Source of the DNA: an uncultured archaeon
GTDB taxonomy: Archaea; Iainarchaeota; Iainarchaeia; Iainarchaeales; CSSED10-239
Assembly (NCBI GenBank): GCA_964591795.1
Contig: CAZQEL010000033.1
Location: forward strand, 1-5,463
Length of the DNA: 5,463 bases
Direction: 5' to 3'
Positions within the stretch are counted from its first letter, which is position 1. Each line of letters begins with the position of its first letter. The translations under genes were made by a program, and so were the position numbers. This document shows positions 1 through 5,463 of this stretch, in pieces. Under the pieces are notes generated by a model. That model was not told the DNA's origin. It made no database searches and saw nothing but the letters and a program-made list of their open reading frames with translations.

Positions 1-54
1 GATTAGATATTCTGAGAATTTTGATTATAAAAATATATTTAAAAAATTAATATT

Positions 55-930
55 ATGAAAGAGTATTTTCAGAAAATTATTGATGATAAAATTAATAGTA
101 AGTTTTTTTATGATAATGAAGAAATTTTAACATCAAGTAGTAAATTTCAAAATGAAATTAAAACCTCAAAAGAAGCATGGGAAAAAATTTATAATTTTAA
201 CCTAAAGGAATTAAAGAAAGATCGAGAAGATTTTGATAATAATAAATTAAAAGACCATATTAGATATATTGAAAAATACTATAAATTTACCAAAGATACT
301 ATATATTTAGAAATTGGCTGCGGGCCATCTTATATCGGCGAATATATAATGCAAAAATATAATTCATATTTCATTGGCGTTGATTTTAATTATCAAATGC
401 TCTTGATTCTTAAAAGATATTTTGACGAAAAAGGATATGAAAAATATTTTTTGATTCACAGCGATATTAATAAAATGCCTATTAAGGACAATTCTGTTGA
501 TTTTATTTACGGAGGCGGTGTTATAGAGCATTTCTCCGATACAAATCACATATTAACTGAATCTTACAGAATTCTGAAGCCTAATGGAGTTTCTTTTAAT
601 ACCGTTCCAGCATTTAATTTATGGTGGATTTTGAGATTTTATAATAATATTCCGTCATTACCAATTTTAAAATCATTATTTGAATTTATCCATTCTAAAA
701 TTTTTAAAAATAAAATCTTGAAAAAATATTATGGATATGAATTGAGCTATACTAAACCTCAGTTGATCAATCTGCATAAAAAAAATGGATTTAGGAATAT
801 CTCTGTGGAGCCTTTCGCTTTTCACCCATCAATAAATAAATTGAAAAATAAATTCCTAAGAAGTTTATATTTTAAAATCCAGAAAAATTATTTAACTGCA
901 GCGGTTTATTTAGTTTGTGGAAAGAAATAA
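55..930 (+). CDS. Class I (Rossmann-fold) SAM-dependent methyltransferase, Methyltransf_11/25-like
   Basis: 291-aa ORF, ATG 55-57, TAA 928-930. SAM-binding motif I is LEIGCGPS (aa 85-92, nt 307-330). It is followed by the acidic post-I element GVDFN, then VDFIYGGGVIEHF and LKPNGV in the usual order and spacing. There is an ~80-aa Lys/Glu-rich N-terminal extension. No Shine-Dalgarno upstream. The substrate cannot be read from the sequence. Confidence 0.85.
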   Translation: MKEYFQKIIDDKINSKFFYDNEEILTSSSKFQNEIKTSKEAWEKIYNFNLKELKKDREDFDNNKLKDHIRYIEKYYKFTKDTIYLEIGCGPSYIGEYIMQKYNSYFIGVDFNYQMLLILKRYFDEKGYEKYFLIHSDINKMPIKDNSVDFIYGGGVIEHFSDTNHILTESYRILKPNGVSFNTVPAFNLWWILRFYNNIPSLPILKSLFEFIHSKIFKNKILKKYYGYELSYTKPQLINLHKKNGFRNISVEPFAFHPSINKLKNKFLRSLYFKIQKNYLTAAVYLVCGKK

Positions 931-934
931 TTGC

Positions 935-940
935 AAAGGA
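935..940 (+). promoter_or_regulatory. Shine-Dalgarno-like site (AAAGGA) for the CgeB-like gene
   Basis: AAAGGA ends 7 nt before ATG 948. It is the only one of the four complete genes with a recognisable SD. Confidence 0.5.
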
Positions 941-947
941 CTTAATT

Positions 948-1985
948 ATGAAAATACTTTATCAAATTCCATCATTAGATACAGTTTATGCCGGAAGGTT
1001 TATTTATGAAGGATATAAAGACGCTTTTTTAGATATGGGACATGATTTTCGACCTTTTACATCCAATGATAATTTAAAGCAGGTATTAGACGAATTTAGA
1101 CCAGATATTTTTATATCATCATTAAATTCCTATAATTTAAAATTTATAGATTTAGATTTATTATTAAAATATAGAAAGAGAGGCTTAGTCTTTTTTTCTC
1201 AAATTAGGCCATGGAGAAAGCAAAATATTCAGTTTGGTGGAAGTAATCTAGAATCAGAAAAAAAATTAGTCAATTATATAAAAGAGGGATTGGCTGGCGA
1301 TATTTTTTTTCATTGGTTAGAACAAGATGATCTAAGCATGGATGGATTTACTCAAACTACTGGGTATAAATTCCACACGATTTTATTAGCAGCTAACACA
1401 AAAAAATATTTTTATGATTATGACAAGAAATATAAAGCCGATATTTCTTATGTAGGAAGCAGGTTGCCAAGCAAAGTAAAATTTATCAAGAAACATTTTA
1501 ATCCATTATTTAGACAGTATAACTGTAGGGTATATGGGAGTGATTGGACATTAAGGAACCGGTTAGAAGGATATGCACAAAAGATTGGCCAGTATTTTAA
1601 TATTAATTCCCTAAAGCATATCAGAAAAATTTCTCTTTCTATTGATGACGAAAGAAAGGTATATTCTTCATCAACAATTTCGTTAAATATTCATGAGAAG
1701 CACCAAAAGAAATTTGGCTCTGACTTCAATGAACGAACATTGAAAATTATTGCCAGCGGTGGTTTTGAAATTTGTGATAATGTAAAAGTAATTAGAAAAT
1801 ATTTTAACGAGAATGAGCTTGTAATTGCCGAAAATACAAATGATTGGTTTGAGAAAATAGAATATTATATTAAAAATCCGGGGAAAAGATTGCCAATCAT
1901 AGAAGCTGGGCAAAGAAAAGTTTTAGCAGAACATACTTATTATAACAGAGTAAAGCAAATAATTAATTTATATAAAAATTTTTAA
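948..1985 (+). CDS. CgeB-family / Glyco_trans_1_2-like glycosyltransferase (GT-B-like)
   Basis: The ORF track gives 915-1985 starting at TTG. I prefer the in-frame ATG at 948-950 because AAAGGA (935-940) sits 7 nt upstream and this start does not overlap the previous gene. The N-terminus MKILYQIPSLDTVYAGRFIYEGYKDAFLDMGHDFRPF...FRPDIFIS is typical of CgeB-like proteins. The C-terminal block FNERTLKIIASGGFEICDN...ELVIAEN..DWFEKIEYYIKNP..R..I..AGQRKVLAEHTYYNRVKQI matches from memory the conserved CgeB/Glyco_trans_1_2 C-terminal domain pattern (N-R-x-FE, C-G, HTY-x-x-R). Stop TAA 1983-1985. Confidence 0.7.
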   Translation: MKILYQIPSLDTVYAGRFIYEGYKDAFLDMGHDFRPFTSNDNLKQVLDEFRPDIFISSLNSYNLKFIDLDLLLKYRKRGLVFFSQIRPWRKQNIQFGGSNLESEKKLVNYIKEGLAGDIFFHWLEQDDLSMDGFTQTTGYKFHTILLAANTKKYFYDYDKKYKADISYVGSRLPSKVKFIKKHFNPLFRQYNCRVYGSDWTLRNRLEGYAQKIGQYFNINSLKHIRKISLSIDDERKVYSSSTISLNIHEKHQKKFGSDFNERTLKIIASGGFEICDNVKVIRKYFNENELVIAENTNDWFEKIEYYIKNPGKRLPIIEAGQRKVLAEHTYYNRVKQIINLYKNF

Positions 1986-1989
1986 AATA

Positions 1990-2907
1990 ATGCGATGCAT
2001 AATTTGCAATAATACAAAAGATTTTTTTAATCTATATCCAGAGTATTCAAATATCAATAATTTTCTATGCCCACGATGTGGCTTAGTTTTTATTCCAAAA
2101 GAAAAAATAGAAACAGACCAAAGTTATTATGAAAAAGACGGGTATTTTAAAAAATCCCCAAATTTGTCGTTGAGAAAATGGCTAGTTAGCAGATCATTAC
2201 TTATAGCTCAGGCAAAAGAAAGAATTGCAACAATGCAATCTATTCATAAAATTAATTTTAATAATTTACGAGTACTTGATGATGGGTGTGGATATGGGGA
2301 AATCTTATTTTATCTTAAAAAAAAGTATGGTTGCTTAGTGCATGGCATTGAAGCGTCGCAAGAAATTGCAATACGAGGACAAGAAATGTTTAATATAAAT
2401 ATTGAACAGGCAACACTTGAAAAGTCGTCCTCTATGAATAATTATGATTTAATCTTGTGCAATCATACCCTAGAGCACATTGAAAATCCCATACTGTTTT
2501 TGGATATGTTAAAATCCAGGCTGTCAAAAAACGGCATACTTTACATTGAAGTTCCGAACATATTAAAGCCAACCGGCGGATATAGCTTAAAAAAGTTTTT
2601 ATATTATGAACATCTTTATAACTTTTCTAAAGATGTTTTAACTAGGTTGCTTGTTAAGTGTGGTTTTAGTATCATAACTTCAAATGATCGAGATTTTTTG
2701 AGATTCTTTTGTAAGAATGACGGATATCCAAAATACACTTTACCGACTAATGCATATAGAGAAATTAAATCATTCTTGAATTTATATAGTAAAAATTATT
2801 CATTGTTTTCCTATTTTAAGGTTTACTTTTTTAAGTTTCAGTATTTATTAAAGTTGTGTAAATATAAATTAAAAGATTTTTTTAATTTCTTGGTAAAAAG
2901 CTGTTAA
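1990..2907 (+). CDS. Zinc-ribbon-fused class I SAM-dependent methyltransferase (Methyltransf_23-like)
   Basis: 305-aa ORF, ATG 1990 only 4 nt after the upstream stop, TAA 2905-2907. The N-terminus has CxxC-N20-CxxC (C3, C6, C27, C30; nt 1996-2079), a 4-Cys zinc-ribbon signature. The methyltransferase core follows: motif I VLDDGCGYGE, post-I HGIEAS, YDLILCNHTLEHIENP, LSKNGILYIEVPN. The ~45-aa aromatic/Lys-rich C-terminal tail (SLFSYFKVYFFKFQYLLKLCKYKLKDFFNFLVKSC) looks amphipathic. Confidence 0.85.
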   Translation: MRCIICNNTKDFFNLYPEYSNINNFLCPRCGLVFIPKEKIETDQSYYEKDGYFKKSPNLSLRKWLVSRSLLIAQAKERIATMQSIHKINFNNLRVLDDGCGYGEILFYLKKKYGCLVHGIEASQEIAIRGQEMFNINIEQATLEKSSSMNNYDLILCNHTLEHIENPILFLDMLKSRLSKNGILYIEVPNILKPTGGYSLKKFLYYEHLYNFSKDVLTRLLVKCGFSIITSNDRDFLRFFCKNDGYPKYTLPTNAYREIKSFLNLYSKNYSLFSYFKVYFFKFQYLLKLCKYKLKDFFNFLVKSC

Positions 2908-2975
2908 ACTTTCTAAGGTGTATAGTGATCATATTTTAAATTCAACCATTTATTATTGCTGTATTTTGTTTCTGG

Positions 2976-2995
2976 ATTTCCGTTTTCACGGAAAT
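2976..2995. repeat. Perfect inverted repeat / stem-loop ATTTCCGT-TTTC-ACGGAAAT
   Basis: Nt 2976-2983 are the exact reverse complement of 2988-2995 (8 bp, 3 G:C) around a 4-nt loop. No T-run follows on either strand. The existence is certain; the function (operator or RNA hairpin) is unknown. Confidence 0.7.
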
Positions 2996-3062
2996 GACAG
3001 AGGGAGTATTTAAAGTAATGCCACTATATATAATGTAGTACTCGATAAGCTTTATATATTAC

Positions 3063-3086
3063 TTCGTGAGACTTACACAGCACGAA
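3063..3086. repeat. Second stem-loop TTCGTG-N12-CACGAA
   Basis: 3063-3068 pairs perfectly with 3081-3086 (6 bp) around a 12-nt loop. Its 3' arm is part of the ACGAAAAT copy of the repeated word. Confidence 0.45.
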
Positions 3087-3094
3087 AATCCAAA

Positions 3095-3124
3095 TTGATA
3101 AATTAACCGTTTCACTGTAATACT
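3095..3124 (+). promoter_or_regulatory. Candidate sigma70-type promoter for the GT-C gene
   Basis: TTGATA (3095-3100) is followed by an 18-nt spacer, then TG-n-AATACT (TG 3116-3117, hexamer 3119-3124). Alternatively a 17-nt spacer leads to TAATAC (3118-3123). This would give a ~45-nt leader before ATG 3175. AT-rich DNA produces many such matches. If the host is archaeal, TTTATATA (3051-3058) or TTATAT (3141-3146) are equally plausible TATA boxes. Confidence 0.3.
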
Positions 3125-3174
3125 TGGCTATAGATTATCATTATATCGTACTAAATATTATTATGTAAATAATT

Positions 3175-5406
3175 ATGATTAAAAAAAAATTTCTAAATAA
3201 AATTCCAATTTTTATATTTTTATTATTTATTTTTTGTATATCTTACAATGTTATTCCTTTTGCAGGAGAAATATTAAATTGGGGAGATTATCCCTTTTTT
3301 TATCCAGAGAGTAGTTTTAATCCATTATCAACTTGGACACATTCTTTTTTAGGAAACTCTTCTTTGCCTGTAATGTTTGGTACTCCTATCACAGGTTATT
3401 TACCTACTATTTTGTTCTTTTTGGGTTTTAGTCAGAGTCTAATTTCTTATTTATTGCACTTTCTACCCGTTTTAATAACTTGTCTCCTGCTCTTTTATAT
3501 CATCAAGAAAATATCAGGTAATGTTCTATTCGCTTATTTTGCTGGATTTTTTATTATTTTAAATAATTTCATATTAGAACAATTTGTTTTATGGCCCGGA
3601 CATTTTTTTTATAATATTATTAGTTTAATTATACTTTTTTACTTGACATATGAAATATATCACAATGGATTAGATTGGAAAAAGTGTGTTTGTTTAATTT
3701 TAAATTCATTATTAATTCTCCATCCGTTCTTTTTAATAATTTATATTTTATATTTATTTTTATTTCTTGTTTTCTATTATTTTTATATCCAAAAAATAAA
3801 AATATTATTATTTTATTTAGTTATTCTCATAGGAATTTTATTCATCCATCTTTATTGGATAGTGCCTTTAATTTCCAATTTTTTCTATCAAAATGTTCAG
3901 AATTCTTATAATGGAAATCAGATGTCAGTATTGTCTGGGTATATTTCAATGGTAAATTATGTAAACTTATTTAATTATTATAATTATCCTGGGAGTTTAT
4001 CATTAAAATTTCATCAAGGCATTTGGCAATATATTTTTTATTTTGGTCTTCTATCCACTACTGTTTTTATTTTACTTAAAAAAAGAATAATAAAAAAAAT
4101 AAGTTATTTATACATTATTTTTTTAATAAGTATTTTTTTAATATTTTTTACCCTCGCCTTAGGTCCTAATTCAAAACTAACTGGAGATTTATGGGAATGG
4201 GCTTTTAATAATGTTTTTGGTTTTGGCTTTCTAAGATCTTTTACCAGATTTTTAATAACATCTCTGATATCTATAATTTTTATATTTGCAGTATTTATTA
4301 AACAATGGAATGCAAGCTCTAAATACAAGAACATTGCAATTGGGACTGGGATTATTTTTTTGATTTTGACTAATTTAATATTTTTTACGGGTGATTTAAA
4401 TGGACTTATTGGAACATCAAAAGTTCCCAGAGAATACTTAGATATGAATGAAAAATATTTTAAAAAAGATTTACAGAAATACAATTTAACTTCTTATCCG
4501 AATGTTCCTTATGAAGCATATAGTTGGTCAATTAATAAAAACACAAAAGATTTCCCACAAATTATATATTTTAATTTATATTTTTTTTCTAAACCCATTA
4601 CTTATAATGGCTATGCTTTTTCCTTGAATACCAAAAATGATCTTTTTGAGAAAATTTTTGCTCATACTGATAGTTTTGTTTTTTATCCAGATTTCAATAA
4701 CGATCTATCTTCTTTAAATATTAAATATATTTTAATCCGCAAAGATTTATTTAATATTCTGAATATTAATGAAGAAGTAGAGTATAAGAAATACTACCAA
4801 TATTTTAAACATGACCCGCAATATATTTTAAAAGAAAATAATCAATATTTCGCCTTGTTTGAAAATACTAAGTTCCAACATCTTTTTGGAAAAAACAACA
4901 TTTTTTTTAAAAATATAAATCCGACTAAATATAAACTTTATATTAAAAATATTAAATCATCTCAGAATTTATCATTTTTAGAATCTTTCCATAAAGGATG
5001 GAAATTTTATCTTAGAACTAATCCAACAAATTCTTGGTGCAAGCCAATGGAGTATTACGAAAATACTCAAACTACTGAATGCGAGCATACGCAGAAATTT
5101 TTTGAAGGCGAAGAATTGTCATATTTATGGAAAAAACCAATTTTTGATAATACGCATGAATTAATATTTGATTACGCTAATGGTTGGACGATCAACCCCG
5201 GATACATCAAACAAAATTTTTCTAAAGAATATTATAGAGAAAATCCAGACGGCTCAATTGATGTCGAGCTCACTCTATATTTCAAACCTCAATCATATTT
5301 CTACCTCGGTTTATTTATTTCAGGTACCACTTTCTTGGCTTGTTTAGGATATTTAGGCTATGATTTTTATAAGAGAAGAAAAATAATCAATAAAAACAAT
5401 GAATAG
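3175..5406 (+). CDS. Polytopic membrane protein, putative GT-C-fold glycosyltransferase (YfhO-like / AftD-like architecture)
   Basis: 743-aa ORF, ATG 3175, TAG 5404-5406. It has a Lys-rich N-terminus and roughly 11-13 hydrophobic helices across aa 10-406. The first predicted external loop carries acidic residues (GEILNWGDYPFFYPES; D38 = nt 3286-3288), as GT-C enzymes do. A ~300-aa hydrophilic domain (aa ~410-705) contains GW motifs (HKGWKFYL, ANGWTINPGY) and a single Cys pair (C622, C636). One final TM (aa ~708-729, nt ~5296-5361) is followed by KRRK. The coding call is firm. The family assignment is by architecture and remembered motifs only. Confidence 0.8.
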   Translation: MIKKKFLNKIPIFIFLLFIFCISYNVIPFAGEILNWGDYPFFYPESSFNPLSTWTHSFLGNSSLPVMFGTPITGYLPTILFFLGFSQSLISYLLHFLPVLITCLLLFYIIKKISGNVLFAYFAGFFIILNNFILEQFVLWPGHFFYNIISLIILFYLTYEIYHNGLDWKKCVCLILNSLLILHPFFLIIYILYLFLFLVFYYFYIQKIKILLFYLVILIGILFIHLYWIVPLISNFFYQNVQNSYNGNQMSVLSGYISMVNYVNLFNYYNYPGSLSLKFHQGIWQYIFYFGLLSTTVFILLKKRIIKKISYLYIIFLISIFLIFFTLALGPNSKLTGDLWEWAFNNVFGFGFLRSFTRFLITSLISIIFIFAVFIKQWNASSKYKNIAIGTGIIFLILTNLIFFTGDLNGLIGTSKVPREYLDMNEKYFKKDLQKYNLTSYPNVPYEAYSWSINKNTKDFPQIIYFNLYFFSKPITYNGYAFSLNTKNDLFEKIFAHTDSFVFYPDFNNDLSSLNIKYILIRKDLFNILNINEEVEYKKYYQYFKHDPQYILKENNQYFALFENTKFQHLFGKNNIFFKNINPTKYKLYIKNIKSSQNLSFLESFHKGWKFYLRTNPTNSWCKPMEYYENTQTTECEHTQKFFEGEELSYLWKKPIFDNTHELIFDYANGWTINPGYIKQNFSKEYYRENPDGSIDVELTLYFKPQSYFYLGLFISGTTFLACLGYLGYDFYKRRKIINKNNE
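3181..3189 (+). repeat. A9 homopolymer in codons 3-5 of the GT-C gene
   Basis: Nine consecutive A (3181-3189) encode KKK directly after ATG ATT. Confidence 0.9.
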
Positions 5407-5463
5407 TCCAATAAAGACGACATTTCAATTTATCAAAAACAATAAACGCTATTTCGCGGTAGG
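5399..5463 (+). CDS. 5' end of a downstream ORF (partial, runs off window), function unknown
   Basis: ATG 5399-5401 overlaps the TAG of the previous gene (ATGAATAG). The frame is open for all 21 remaining codons (MNSPIKTTFQFIKNNKRYFAV...). The other non-terminated frame hits TGA immediately. It is short enough that an open frame by chance is not excluded. Confidence 0.4.
   Translation, partial: MNSPIKTTFQFIKNNKRYFAV

Larger units (their letters stand above)
2973..3092. repeat. Long-range inverted repeat TGGATTTCCGT ... ACGAAAATCCA (10 of 11)
   Basis: The reverse complement of 3082-3092 is TGGATTTTCGT, versus TGGATTTCCGT at 2973-2983. The single mismatch pairs C2980 with A3085. The two copies enclose ~98 nt. 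Confidence 0.5.

Noticed and set aside
21-53. Promoter-like hexamers (TTGATT 21-26, TAATAT 48-53) upstream of the first gene
   Set aside because: The spacing is wrong (21 nt) and TAATAT abuts the start codon. Such hexamers are ubiquitous at this base composition.
1-58. 3' end of an upstream gene
   Set aside because: Two frames are open from the window edge: one ends at TGA 56-58 (ATGA overlap) and the other at TAA 48-50. With fewer than 20 codons and no motif I cannot choose between them or exclude non-coding DNA.
364-549. 61-aa antisense ORF inside the first methyltransferase gene
   Set aside because: It is fully nested opposite a gene with clear SAM-methyltransferase motifs. It has low-complexity I/N/K/F composition, no recognisable motif and no RBS, so it is most simply a compositional artefact.
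915-947. TTG start at 915 for the CgeB-like gene (ORF-track coordinates), overlapping the upstream gene by 16 nt
   Set aside because: The in-frame ATG at 948 has an AAAGGA SD at ideal spacing and gives the typical MKILY... N-terminus. The extra 11 residues (MWKEIIAKDLI) are just read-through of the upstream gene's end and the RBS region. The TTG start is not strictly excluded.
1683-1913. 76-aa antisense ORF inside the CgeB-like gene
   Set aside because: It lies opposite the best-conserved C-terminal block of the sense protein. It has no motifs or translation signals, so I treat it as spurious.
2976-2995. Hairpin as a Rho-independent terminator of the three-gene unit
   Set aside because: There is no U-tract after the stem on either strand. 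The T-rich run is 5' of the stem on the + strand.
2961-3000. CRISPR repeat-like sequence (palindromic core ending in GAAAT)
   Set aside because: There is only one full copy and no regularly spaced repeat-spacer periodicity. The other copies are partial, in mixed orientation and irregularly spaced. No cas genes are in the window.
3026-3059. AT-only hairpin ATATATAA / TTATATAT, and an interrupted long-range match TAGTAC-TC-GATA (3036-3047) with TATCGTACTA (3144-3153)
   Set aside because: Pure A:T stems and matches built on the self-complementary GTAC are expected by chance in DNA this AT-rich. They are not convincing on their own.
2973-3092. MITE-like miniature element (120 bp bounded by 10/11 terminal inverted repeats)
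   Set aside because: There is no target-site duplication: the flanks are ...TTTGTTTC on the left and AATTGATA... on the right. I have no evidence of other copies. It remains an alternative only if genome-wide copies are found.
3675-3911. 78-aa same-strand, alternate-frame ORF inside the GT-C gene
   Set aside because: It lies in the T-rich transmembrane-coding stretch, where stop codons are rare in all + frames. The main frame gives coherent TM helices across this span. There is no sign of a frameshift site.
4104-4484. 126-aa antisense ORF inside the GT-C gene
   Set aside because: Its Lys/Ile/Phe-rich sequence is the mirror image of Phe/Leu/Ile/Lys codons on the sense strand. It has no domain signature. 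Its length is notable for AT-rich DNA but is explained by the T-rich sense strand, whose complement lacks TAA/TAG/TGA.
1-5463. Alternative genetic code (TGA as a sense codon, as in some AT-rich or candidate-phylum lineages)
   Set aside because: All four long ORFs are intact under the standard code with no in-frame TGA. Trp is encoded by TGG throughout. Nothing requires recoding. Observed stops are TAA three times and TAG once, which is too few to say more.

Overview
This is a strongly AT-rich 5.46-kb window (by eye roughly a quarter to a third G+C, not computed). All convincing genes lie on the + strand and are tightly packed. It reads as part of a surface-glycan or polysaccharide modification locus. 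The genes in order are a class I SAM methyltransferase (55-930), a CgeB-type glycosyltransferase-like protein (most likely 948-1985), and a zinc-ribbon-fused class I SAM methyltransferase (1990-2907). A 267-bp non-coding gap follows (2908-3174). After it comes a 743-aa polytopic GT-C/YfhO-like membrane protein (3175-5406), whose stop codon is overlapped by the ATG of a further ORF that runs off the window (5399 onward). I see no rRNA, tRNA, CRISPR array, transposase, or recognisable defence or toxin genes. The four nested or antisense ORFs in the track look like compositional artefacts. The stretch the genes do not explain is the gap. It is visibly less AT-rich than its surroundings and is built from reused copies of one short word (ATTTCCGT / ACGGAAAT / ACGAAAAT / CCGTTTCAC). 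These copies form a perfect 8-bp hairpin, a second 6-bp hairpin, a 10/11 long-range inverted repeat and mutually exclusive pairings. The window's best Shine-Dalgarno-like hexamer and a tiny ORF lie between them. That pattern suggests a cis-regulatory RNA or an operator array controlling the GT-C gene, but the stems are short and I cannot test significance or conservation here. The taxon cannot be assigned: three of four genes lack an SD, so low-SD bacterial lineages or an archaeon are both possible.
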